Assembly (NCBI GenBank): GCA_965246885.1
Contig: OZ251992.1
Coordinates: 2,272,001 to 2,336,000, forward strand
Reading direction: 5' to 3'
DNA length: 64,000 bases
Origin: Abditibacterium sp.
GTDB lineage: Bacteria > Armatimonadota > Abditibacteriia > Abditibacteriales > Abditibacteriaceae
Positions within the stretch are counted from its first letter, which is position 1, and each line of letters starts with the position of its first letter. The notes beneath the pieces were generated by a model. The model was not told the origin of the DNA. It worked only from the letters and a program-made list of their open reading frames with translations, and ran no database searches. The translations under genes and the position numbers were made by a program. Below, piece by piece: positions 40,501-49,400 of this stretch.

Positions 40501-42615
40501 GGGACGGGGTATGACGTGACGCGCTTCACGAGCTACGCTCCCGATGGTCAATTGTTGTCGCAGACCGATGGGCGCGGCATCACCACTAACTTCACGTATG
40601 GCGACCCGGACGGGGCGGTGTCGAGCATCAGCCTGCCGGATGAGACGGTCTCTTTCGGGCGGGATGCGTGGGGACGGTTGTCCTATCGCTTCGATTCGAG
40701 CGGCAACCAGAGCTACGCGTATACCGAAACCGATGCGCCCTCCATCGTCAACGACGCTTACAAGCGCGCCGATGGCAGCTATATCCCCGGCCCCGGCTTG
40801 TTGTTGTATCACCAGTATTACGACGACGGCACTCCGGCCACCTTGTTCGGCAACCCCGGCACGGCAACGGCGCCCATCAACTTGTTGCGTAGTTATGACC
40901 CCAGTGGCAATCTGACCGGCATCTATGACTATGCGCAAAGCCTGAGCAGCAGTTGGAGCTACGACGCCAACAACCGCTTGCAAAGCGCGAGCGCGGCCAA
41001 CGGCTGGGCGCGCTCCTACGCTTACAACGCCCTCAACCAACTGGTGGGGCTGACCGGAAGCAAGAGCGGGCAACCGAGCCTGAACTTCGGGCATCCCAGC
41101 GACCCCAACTTGCAGTTGAAATACGACGGCGCGGGGAACATGACGCGCGAGACGGCCAACTTCGGCACGGCGGCGGCGAGCGGCCCCGGCTACGCAACGG
41201 GCACGACGAGCTACGGCTACGATAGCCAAGACCGTTTGACGGGCGAAAGCAGCAACCGCTTCGGCGGGCAGAGCCGCACCTACTCCCTCGACGCCGCCTT
41301 CAACCGCACGAACCTCAACGCGAGCAACGGCACGAACGCGGGCCAAACCCTGAGCAGCTTTACGCGCACGCAGGGCGCCAACGGGCAGAACCAAACCCTT
41401 GGCACCTCGACCACGAACGTGCAAAGCGGCGCGCAGACCAACACCTCGTATAGCTACGACGGCGAAGGCAACCGCGCCACCTATGCCGATGGCTCGCAGG
41501 TGCTGACCTACACCTATGACTCCCAACAACGCCTGACGGCTGTGACCAAATACACGGGTGGCGCGGGGCAAGTCATCCTCAAGTGCGGCTACCGCTGCGA
41601 CGGCCTGCGGGCGTGGAAGGAGACCGGCGCGGGCGTGCGGACTTACTTCCTGTATGACGGCGACCAACTCATCGGCGAGTTCGACCAAAACGGCGTCGTC
41701 AAAGCCGTCCAAACGTGGGGCGCGGAAGGATTGGCCTCTCGCCAAACCACCCCCGGCATCGCGTCGGGCAACCGCTTCTACTCGTGGGATCCGCGCGGCA
41801 ACATCGCCGCCACTACCGACCTTGCCGGCAACGTCGTCAACACCCCATCTTCCGACGGCTTCTCTTCGACGGGCGGCACCGCGAGTGAACCCACCGCCAC
41901 CTTCGGCGGGCAAGTCGGCGGCTACCGCGACGCCGAAACTGGACTCATCCTCTTCGGGCAGCGATACTATGACCCGGCGCTGGGACAGTGGCTGACGCGC
42001 GACCCCATTGGGGAAGACGGCGGGATTAACCTGTATTCGTATGTTGGAGGCAATCCGGTTAATGATATTGATCCTTGGGGACTGTACGGTGCTAAGGATG
42101 CTGCTGGAGATCTGGCAAAGGCAGTCGTACAAATTGCGGGCCAGTGGGGTGTAGAGCGTGGTTGGCAGATTCCTCTTGGCGTTGCTGGTGCCACACCTGT
42201 CGGTGTGTTTGCTGGAGTGCTGTTAGATGCAAAACCAGCAGGTGGCGCTCAGGACACAATGACTGGGCATAATGCGGCACTTCAACAAGTCATCTTAAGA
42301 AACACTCGGACGTTAAGAGGATGGGCTAAAAGTAAAGGGTGGATGTGTAAAGGCGGTGGCGGGCCGGAGCAATGGGGCGTTTATCGGCCAGATGGTTCAT
42401 TCTCTTGGAGACTGAAAATCAAGCAAGATCCATCGTCAAGCTCAGGCCTTTCAAACAGGGGAAGGGCGGGACAGGCTGGTAGTTACTCTCCAAGATTTGA
42501 TGCGAGACTGAATGAAGGAACTCCCACGACCCCTAACGTTTTCGTAAACCCCTTTACAGGCGCTACTGGCGGCTCAATACTCTCGCACCAACCTTTAGAC
42601 AGGGTATACCCTTAA
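37561..42615 (+). CDS. Rhs/YD-repeat polymorphic toxin with Sec-type signal peptide
   Basis: Signal peptide ending AHA; DPVDLASG; many YD repeats; RYYDP-LG-WLTRDP and PVNDIDPWGL core end; divergent C-terminal domain. Confidence 0.93.
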   Translation: MRFSSFFCRVLMVALLFGAHAAHAQTPFAASVKTPPTTLPPLDFSGATFQKPVTVKVPVSLSPSQVLNITDFNVTPASATTALQNSMQVYNAAGQVIQSGAGPIKGGADANSTPSYATFTSTTPASLSISTRTVAQRGSDSMVSSDPTKVGLITANAFSRSGTVTTQGTGNLNQWVDNYYYFGVIRLQAGEIFTVKSGKVWDPGNPPFINSYRLFHVELINTKTGAYGGGTGNPGQHNPLDERSTVVPADGDYQLRFTMTSGGPITYAYSFDFETSFATQAPNRGAGKKEPNNKSTGMNPVSGATEGTCSGCGPKSADPVDLASGQENYDQSPDLPVYNPNGPDVAFSRHYSTERAKALGASPGLPTGWYHSYDVRLESSGNGGSWAPMEMVYPNGAHETLTPLAAPANAVSVSFTVPKGSKYVVTASPGPTAYSYGTASVVWSDGTTWNFQPPAPGSNKALLSSIVAATSTAATPQFLTFNWVGDDRDDYRLVGVNNGSDLKRLLSLQYTGNPADGFLLNEIRDCYGRSIFYSNGTLAGTTGTGASAITTLTGVSMFAPTGGTANQHFAFGYTNFNGAPLLSGITVPHPNDPTLNTTATATINYDSTTGRVLSEVDGNGNTTSFTYGATSTTVKKFGTSGVQETQYTALFDAQGRSVGTTDAAGNSTAIAYGDTNNPDKPTIIRDAAGRVTSITYEPNGYGLVKTVKTPRGVTTNYLYDYSVWGFGLLAQTYQSTVINGATVNRAPTQFSYKPGFERAGLVSQISSPHPNLGISNWTGASMVFTTMQYNDYGDVTMVVAPGHGSYANLTTTISYTSDGTYTQSAKRGQVVSATDPSNRTTAARYDARGNRIWSRDGFGVVTQTTFDLADNAMGVQFMNTGQSGTYASQVMLRYNYLGGMVKTTDVFDESGSSTPIRSVSTTFDGEGRAVSVSGSTEPFSVSLNSFDAPKSSTDGNGNTTTYSYDARGLPTMVVKPNGNTGTGYDVTRFTSYAPDGQLLSQTDGRGITTNFTYGDPDGAVSSISLPDETVSFGRDAWGRLSYRFDSSGNQSYAYTETDAPSIVNDAYKRADGSYIPGPGLLLYHQYYDDGTPATLFGNPGTATAPINLLRSYDPSGNLTGIYDYAQSLSSSWSYDANNRLQSASAANGWARSYAYNALNQLVGLTGSKSGQPSLNFGHPSDPNLQLKYDGAGNMTRETANFGTAAASGPGYATGTTSYGYDSQDRLTGESSNRFGGQSRTYSLDAAFNRTNLNASNGTNAGQTLSSFTRTQGANGQNQTLGTSTTNVQSGAQTNTSYSYDGEGNRATYADGSQVLTYTYDSQQRLTAVTKYTGGAGQVILKCGYRCDGLRAWKETGAGVRTYFLYDGDQLIGEFDQNGVVKAVQTWGAEGLASRQTTPGIASGNRFYSWDPRGNIAATTDLAGNVVNTPSSDGFSSTGGTASEPTATFGGQVGGYRDAETGLILFGQRYYDPALGQWLTRDPIGEDGGINLYSYVGGNPVNDIDPWGLYGAKDAAGDLAKAVVQIAGQWGVERGWQIPLGVAGATPVGVFAGVLLDAKPAGGAQDTMTGHNAALQQVILRNTRTLRGWAKSKGWMCKGGGGPEQWGVYRPDGSFSWRLKIKQDPSSSSGLSNRGRAGQAGSYSPRFDARLNEGTPTTPNVFVNPFTGATGGSILSHQPLDRVYP

Positions 42616-42639
42616 AAGCGGGAAGACGGAATCTACACC

Positions 42640-42939
42640 ATGAAAGACGCAGCCGTTTCACATCTGGTAAAAATCCTTGAAGACAAATCTATTTCAATAG
42701 CAGACAGGGACGACGCAGCGATAGATTTGGGAGCCTTCGACGACGATGCCGCGTTAGCTGCACTTGTCGCGGTGGGTCAAGATGCGGATGAAGATGAAAT
42801 GATTCTCTCTTCATGCGGCACTGCAATCTCTGACATTTGGCAGCGTCGAGGCGAATATAGCCTTGAAGTTCTCGATTCCCTCAATCCTGCCGCTCGGATT
42901 GAAGCTTTAGTGATGACTGGCACTCTTCGGCAATGTTGA
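42640..42939 (+). CDS. Putative cognate immunity protein (acidic, HEAT-like)
   Basis: 99 aa directly downstream of the Rhs C-terminal toxin domain (CT); RDDAAIDL motif; lower GC. Confidence 0.75.
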   Translation: MKDAAVSHLVKILEDKSISIADRDDAAIDLGAFDDDAALAALVAVGQDADEDEMILSSCGTAISDIWQRRGEYSLEVLDSLNPAARIEALVMTGTLRQC

Positions 42940-44231
42940 CCTACGACGCCCAAGACCGCTTGACGGGCGAAAGCAGCAACCGCTTCGGCGGGCAGAGCCG
43001 CACCTACTCCCTCGACGCCGCCTTCAACCGCACGAACCTCAACGCGAGCAACGGCACGAACGCGGGCCAAACCCTGAGCAGCTTTACGCGCACGCAGGGC
43101 GCCAACGGGCAGAACCAAACCCTTGGCACCTCGACCACGAACGTGCAAAGCGGCGCGCAGACCAACACCTCGTATAGCTACGACGGCGAAGGCAACCGCG
43201 CCACCTATGCCGATGGCTCGCAGGTGCTGACCTACACCTATGACTCCCAACAACGCCTGACGGCTGTGACCAAATACACGGGCGGCGCGGGGCAAGTCAT
43301 CCTCAAGTGCGGCTACCGCTGCGACGGCCTGCGGGCGTGGAAGGAGAACGCGCAAGGCGTGCGCACCTACTTCCTGTATGACGGCAGCAACCTCATCGGC
43401 GAGTTCGACCAAAACGGCGTCGTCAAAGCCGTCCAAACGTGGGGCGCGGAAGGATTGGCCTCTCGCCAAACCACCCCCGGCATCGCGTCGGGCAACCGCT
43501 TCTACTCGTGGGATCCGCGTGGCAACATCGCCGCCACCACCGACCTGTCCGGAAACGTCCTCAACACCCCCGCCAGCGATGGCTTCTCCTCGACCGGCGG
43601 CACCGCCCTCGAACCCACCGCCACCTTCGGCGGACAGGTCGGCGGGTATCGGGACGCCGAAACGGGCTTGGTGCTGTTCGGCCAGCGATACTACGACCCC
43701 GGTCTGGGACAGTGGATCACCCGCGACCCCATCGGGGAAGAAGGCGGAGTCAATTTGTATTCGTATGTCGGCGGAAATCCGGTTGGGCGTGTTGATCCCA
43801 GTGGGTTGGACTGGCAATTAGAAGGAGCAGGAGCCGCAGGAGGAACGGTAGTCATTGGAAGCGCGGGAGGTAGCGCTACTGTTGGCGCTTCGATACTCGG
43901 CAGTCCCGTTGCATTGGGTGCGGGAGCGGCAATCGGAGGATTCGCAGTTGGAACGCTCATCAATCGCCGATTCCACATCTCCGACAGGATCGCCGACAGG
44001 CTTGTCCCTGATCAGATAGGGCTTGGGCCGATTTTCTGCCCATCTAAGGGAGGAAAGCAAAAGGGGGATACTGACGTCACACGGCGTGTGAGACAGGAAT
44101 TGCAAGGGGGTAAAAAAACTGTTCAAGATATAATAGCGGAGTTGCGTAAAGAAGGAACCTTTACCAAGCAGGAGATAGATTTTGCGGAGAAGATTCTTGG
44201 CCGTCGCAACAAGAAGAAGAGGGGTAAATAG
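42933..44231 (+). CDS. Orphan Rhs core plus alternative C-terminal toxin
   Basis: Near-identical repeat of about 41226-42050 (offset 1724); PVGRVDPSGL; different basic CT ending EKILGRRNKKKRGK. Confidence 0.88.
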   Translation: MLTYDAQDRLTGESSNRFGGQSRTYSLDAAFNRTNLNASNGTNAGQTLSSFTRTQGANGQNQTLGTSTTNVQSGAQTNTSYSYDGEGNRATYADGSQVLTYTYDSQQRLTAVTKYTGGAGQVILKCGYRCDGLRAWKENAQGVRTYFLYDGSNLIGEFDQNGVVKAVQTWGAEGLASRQTTPGIASGNRFYSWDPRGNIAATTDLSGNVLNTPASDGFSSTGGTALEPTATFGGQVGGYRDAETGLVLFGQRYYDPGLGQWITRDPIGEEGGVNLYSYVGGNPVGRVDPSGLDWQLEGAGAAGGTVVIGSAGGSATVGASILGSPVALGAGAAIGGFAVGTLINRRFHISDRIADRLVPDQIGLGPIFCPSKGGKQKGDTDVTRRVRQELQGGKKTVQDIIAELRKEGTFTKQEIDFAEKILGRRNKKKRGK

Positions 44232-44237
44232 CGAAAA

Positions 44238-44609
44238 ATGTGGTATTCAGCTCACGCAGTAATGCTCATTCGACTGACAGATTGTGCTCAGCATGAATTT
44301 CCTGTATGGGAAAATATATTTCTCATAGAAGCCTCTGATTCAGACGAGGCCACAGTAAAAGCTCAAGAACGTGCGTTAGAAGATGAAGTCGAGGGTGGTG
44401 GTCTAAGTTGGGAAGGACACAAAGCCAAGTGTATATTCTTAGGACTGCGAAAGTTAATGCAGTGCTTTAGCGATGAGCGACAGCCAGGGGATGGCACTGA
44501 GCTTACACATAATCAACTCCTCTTTTCTACTCAGAGTTCTTTGGATGAATTTGTTCTTGGACGTGAGTGTCAAGTCACGTTTCAGGATGAGAATCCTGAT
44601 GATGACTAA
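44238..44609 (+). CDS. Putative immunity protein of the orphan toxin (DUF4288-like)
   Basis: MWYSA...WENIFLIEASDSDEA..KA...F-GLRKL pattern; follows the orphan CT; low GC. Confidence 0.7.
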   Translation: MWYSAHAVMLIRLTDCAQHEFPVWENIFLIEASDSDEATVKAQERALEDEVEGGGLSWEGHKAKCIFLGLRKLMQCFSDERQPGDGTELTHNQLLFSTQSSLDEFVLGRECQVTFQDENPDDD

Positions 44610-44631
44610 AAGCGTGGTTTGTGGCCTCAGC

Positions 44632-45037
44632 ATGACTCAGAACGGTGTCACCACCAACGTCGCTTACAGCTATGACGGCGAGGGCAACCGCGCGACCCAA
44701 ACCGTCGGCAACACCGCCAACAACGACAACTCCGTCACCAGTTACGCCTACGACAGCCAGCAACGCCTCACGCTTGTCAGCCAGAGCGTCAACGGCGCGG
44801 CGGCGGCGACGGTGATGAAGTGTGGCTACCGGAGCGACGGGCTACGCGCGTGGAAGGAGAACGCTCAGGGCGTGCGCACCTACTTCTTGTATGACGGCTC
44901 CAACCTCATCGGCGAGTTCGACCAAAACGGCAACGCGAAAGCGATTCAGACGTGGGGTGCCGAGGGGTTGGCCTCGCGCCAAACCACCCCCGGCACCGCG
45001 TCGGGCAACCGCTTCTACTCGTGGGATCCGCGCGGGC
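44632..45037 (+). pseudogene. Truncated Rhs core fragment lacking the DPxG end and toxin
   Basis: YSYDGEGNRA...FYSWDPRG homologous to the Rhs core, then similarity stops abruptly. Confidence 0.85.
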
Positions 45038-45081
45038 ATCGCCCGAAGGCTCCACCGTCACGCCGTTTGTTCTGTGACTAT

Positions 45082-45109
45082 AGATCCTTCGCTGGCTCAG
45101 GATGACGAA
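45082..45109. repeat. Half REP-like element
   Basis: agatccttcgctggctcaggatgacgaa; ctcaggatgacgaa also occurs at 37381-37394. Confidence 0.6.
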
Positions 45110-45179
45110 GCGGCGTTTTCTTGGCGAAATTGATGCTCCACAGAAGTCTCTCGTCTTTGGAGAAGACGGGGAGCATCAC

Positions 45180-46106
45180 ATGTCAAACTTTGATGACGCT
45201 TTAGGCGTGAACGGCCACTTGAATGGCCACGCGAACGGCAATGGAACGGCAATGCTCGAACGGCCCCTGAATGGTGGCGGCGAGGCGGGCGTTCTTTCGA
45301 TGGGCAATGGGGCGCTGCTTCCTATAAGCGCGATGAATGGGGCGTATGCGCGGGCTGTTGACCCGGTTCCGCCTGTGCCGCCGATACCTCCCGCTCCGGC
45401 TAAGCCCGCGCGCAACCCGTTCAACAAGCAGTTGCAGCGCGAGTTGGCGGTCACGACGCAAGTGTGTTTGGCGGCGCTCAAGCCCGAATACGCGGGGGCT
45501 TTAGCGGGTTGGGGCATCACGGACAACAAGGTGCACGACCTGTTGAACGCCGTTAATGCGGCTCATGGCGTGAGTGCGGAAGCGCAAACTTCGACCAACG
45601 CGCGCGTTCATGCCACACGCGAAGAGCGGAAGGCGCGGGCCATCTTGCTCGGTTCGTTTCGCACCATCCAAAGCGCGGCGCGCATGGTGTTCGGCGTCTC
45701 GAAACCCGCCCACTTGCGCGATTATGGCGTCGGCGTTCTCCTGCCCACGCGCGCGTCGGTCGTGCAGGTGTATGAAGGCATCCTCAAGCAGTTGCAAACC
45801 GACACGTTGCCCGGCATCATCCCGGAGTTCATCACGCAAATGACGGTGCGCTACAACGACTGGAAGGCTGTTATCGCCAATCAAGGTCACTCGCAATCCG
45901 GCGCCACGACCCAGCGCGCCCACCGCAACGCGACCATAGACGACCTCGTGAAGCGCCGCCGCGAAATCCAAAGTGCCGCCAACGGCGTGTGGCCGCCCTC
46001 GCCCTCCAATCACGGCACGCGCCGCGAGTTCGCGCTCTCGCCCACCCGCCACTTCGCCACGCCCACGCCGAAAACGAAAAAGCGCGCCCCGAAGCCGATG
46101 ATTTAG
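45180..46106 (+). CDS. Hypothetical protein: NG-rich disordered N-terminus, Pro linker, long helical body, basic tail
   Basis: Purine-rich RBS-like stretch before ATG 45180; GC-rich open frame; stop lies in the downstream palindrome. Confidence 0.7.
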   Translation: MSNFDDALGVNGHLNGHANGNGTAMLERPLNGGGEAGVLSMGNGALLPISAMNGAYARAVDPVPPVPPIPPAPAKPARNPFNKQLQRELAVTTQVCLAALKPEYAGALAGWGITDNKVHDLLNAVNAAHGVSAEAQTSTNARVHATREERKARAILLGSFRTIQSAARMVFGVSKPAHLRDYGVGVLLPTRASVVQVYEGILKQLQTDTLPGIIPEFITQMTVRYNDWKAVIANQGHSQSGATTQRAHRNATIDDLVKRRREIQSAANGVWPPSPSNHGTRREFALSPTRHFATPTPKTKKRAPKPMI

Positions 46107-46306
46107 CCGCGAAAAGCACAAAGGGGTTTTATGGAAAGTGGCGCGTTGTCATTCCGAGGGGAGCTACGCGACCAGAGGAATCTAACTGCGCCTTGTTGTC
46201 AGGAGTAAACGGGTGGCTGCGAGTAGATTCCTCTGGTCGCGTAGCTCCCCTCGGAATGACAACGCGCCACTTTCCATAAAACCCCTTTGTGCTTTTTCGC
46301 GGCTAA
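46103..46306. repeat. Long palindrome (about 82-bp arms) built around a GTCATTCC-family REP
   Basis: 46103-46184 vs 46224-46306 complementary except a 1-nt indel in an A/T run; 39-nt loop. Confidence 0.93.
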
Positions 46307-46407
46307 GCCAAGAGGCGACGAATGAAGGTTTCAGTTTCATGGCGTCGGGTTTGCGCGCACACTGAAGCGGTGCGCTTTTCCCCTACAGTGCGCGACTCCT
46401 TTATTTT

Positions 46408-49400
46408 ATGCTTCAGCAAAGTTCGATTCTGGCGTTTTTCGGCGACGCGCAGGGTGCGCGCGCCGCGTTTGAGAGCGTATCGCGCGCCGGTTTTCGGCAA
46501 GTCGTTCTGGTTTCCAAGGTGCTGGAAACTTCCGGCGATTCCAAAAACACAGTTGCTTCTTTCAAAGTCTCGCGGCCCCCGTCGGTCGCTCCGGTGCTTG
46601 CCGGAGTGGGCGCGGCGGTTGGTTTGGGCGCCGCGCAACTTGCGCCGGTGCCTCGCGCGCTTAAACCGGCGCTGACGGGGGCACTCGCGGTGATTGGCGG
46701 GGGCGTGGGATTCGTCGCGGGGAGTGCGTGGAGCGGCGGATTGCCTGAATCACTCGTCGAGGAGAACCGCGCGTTCCTTGCGGCGGGCGAGTCGCTGGTC
46801 ATTGTGCGCGCCAACCCCGCCGATTTGCGCGCGGCGAGGGAGCTGCTGCGCGGCGAGGGAGAAGGCGGGCCAGTGATATTCCTCGAAAGGGGCGATGCGC
46901 ACCGCTTCAACACGAGCCGCGCGCCCTTGCGCCGCGACGTGTTGGGCACAGATGCGCTGCGGGAGTTGGCGCAAACGCTGGGCGACAAGCACAAGACCGC
47001 CGCACCGCCCTCGTCGCTATCGGCGAACGCCTTTTTATTGACGCGGCTCAAGCAGAACGGGCGCATCATCGCCCGCGTCGCGCAGGGGTTGGGCGAAGCG
47101 ACGCGCTTGGGCCAGCCCGTGTCGCTTTCGACGGAGTGGCTGCTGGATAACAACTACATCGTCCGCGCGCAGATAAAGGATGTCGAGCGCAACCTGACGC
47201 CCAAGTTCTACGGGGAGTTGCCGGTCATTGGGGAGGGGCAATACAAGGGCGTGCCGCGCTTGTATGTGTTGGCGTCGGAACTCATCGCCGCGTCGGATTC
47301 GCGCCTCGACCGCGAGCATCTGCTCGATTTCGTCCATGCCTACCAATCGAGAACTCCGCTTTCAACGGGCGAACTGTGGGCGTTGCCGCTCATGCTGCGC
47401 TTGGCGCTGGTCGAGAACCTGCGCCGCCTGACGGCCCAAGCCGACGTGCGCCAGCGCGAGCGCGAGCGCGCCGACTTTTGGTCGAACCGCCTGCTTTCCG
47501 CCGCTTACCGCGAACCCGACCAACTGCTGCCGCTCCTCGCGCAACTGACGAAAGAGCAGACCGCGTTGGCGCCGCACTTCGCCGACCGTTTGGTGTCGCA
47601 CTTGTTCGATGAAGAAGCCGCGCTGGGGCCGGTGCGCGCGTGGTTGGAGCGCAAGTTGGACGCGCCGTTGTCGGAGATTACTTCGCGCGAACAGCGCCGC
47701 CAAGCCGCCGATTCGATCTCGGTGGGCAACGTCATCACGACGCTGCGCTTCCTCAATAACCTCGACTGGCGCGAGTGCTTCGAGCAACTCTCCTTGGTGG
47801 ACGCGATTTTGGGCCAAGACCCGGCGGGCGTGTATCGCTCGATGGACTTCGCCACCCGCGACCGCTATCGCGGCCAAGTCGAGAAGATCGCCCGCCGCGC
47901 CAAAACCGACGAACTACGCGTAGCGACGCTCGCCATCGAACGCGCAGCGTCGGCCAGCATGGAGCGGATGCGCCGCGCCGCGAGTTCGCACGGCGAGCGC
48001 GAACACGACGCCCTGATTTACCAACCGCCGGGGCACGTCGGGTTCTATCTGATAGACGAAGGCCGCGAAGCGTTCACCCGCGAACTGGGCTACTCCAAGA
48101 CCCCCGCCTCGCGCGCGCGGCGCTGGGTTCGGAATTATCCGGGCGTGTGGTATTTTGGCGGCATCGCCGTCGGGACTGTCGCGGCCATGACCATCTTGGC
48201 GCGCGCGGCGCGCGTGTTGGGGGCGGGCTTGCCGTTACCGCTCCGGCTTTTGTCCATCTTGCCGTCGTCGGAAGTGGCGGTGCAACTAGTCAACTACGCC
48301 GCGACGCGCGTTTTGCCGCCGCGTCCGCTCCCGAAGATGGAGTTCCGGCAGGGCGTGCCCGCGAAATGGAAAACGGCGGTCGTGATTCCGATGCTGCTCG
48401 GCTCCGTGCAAGACGCCGCCGATGCGTGCCGCCAAATCGAACTGCACTATCTGAGCGACCCCGACGCGCAGTTTCAGTTCGCGTTACTTGCCGATTATGT
48501 GGACGCGCAAACGCCGCAAACGCCCGACGATGAGCCGAGACTTCGCCGCGCCGTCGAGGGCATCGAGTACCTCAACGCGCACTACGGGCCGCAGTTTCAC
48601 TTGTTCATCCGCGACCGCAAATGGAGCGAAACCGAGGAACGCTGGATGGGCTGGGAGCGCAAACGGGGCAAGTTGGAAGAGTTCAACCGCGCGCTTTTGG
48701 GCAAAGGCGGGCGCTGCTCGGACGAACTGCACGAAGTGACGGGCGACCCCGCTGGGTTGCGCGATACCCGCTTTGTCGTGACGCTCGATGCCGACACGCA
48801 GATGCCTTTTGGCGCCGCGCGCCGCTTGGTCGAAACGCTCGCGCATCCGCTCAATCGCCCCGTTGTGAACCTCAAAGAAAGCGGCGTCGAGCGCGGCTAC
48901 GGCATCATTCAGCCGCGCGTGGACACCATGCTCCCCAGCGCGATGGCGACGCGCTTTTCCCGCTTGTTCTCCGACGCGAGCGGCAGCGACCCGTACACGC
49001 ACGTCGTTTCGGATGTTTACCAAGACGCTTTTGGCGAGGGCAGTTATCACGGCAAGGGCATCTACGACTTGGAAGTTTTTGAGCGCGTGTTGGGCGCGCG
49101 CTTCCCCGACGCGACGCTACTTTCGCACGACCTCATCGAAGGCGCGCACGTCCGCGCGGGCGTGGCGAGCGACATCGTTTTGCTCGACCGCTTCCCGCCG
49201 AACTACTTGGCGAGCGCCAAGCGCGACCATCGTTGGATACGCGGCGACTGGCAGATCGCGGATTGGGTTGGCAGTCAAATCCCGGCGCGCGATGGGCGCG
49301 GAGCCAACCCGCTTTCCCTTCTCAATCGCTGGAAAATCGCCGACAACCTGCGCCGCTCGCTCCTCGCGCCCGCGTCGGTTGCACTCTTGTTTGGCGGTTG

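Noticed and set aside
42950..43780. Rhs duplication as an assembly error or a DGR template/variable repeat pair
   Set aside because: The copies differ by substitutions and a block swap and lead to different toxins; differences are not adenine-specific; no reverse transcriptase gene seen.
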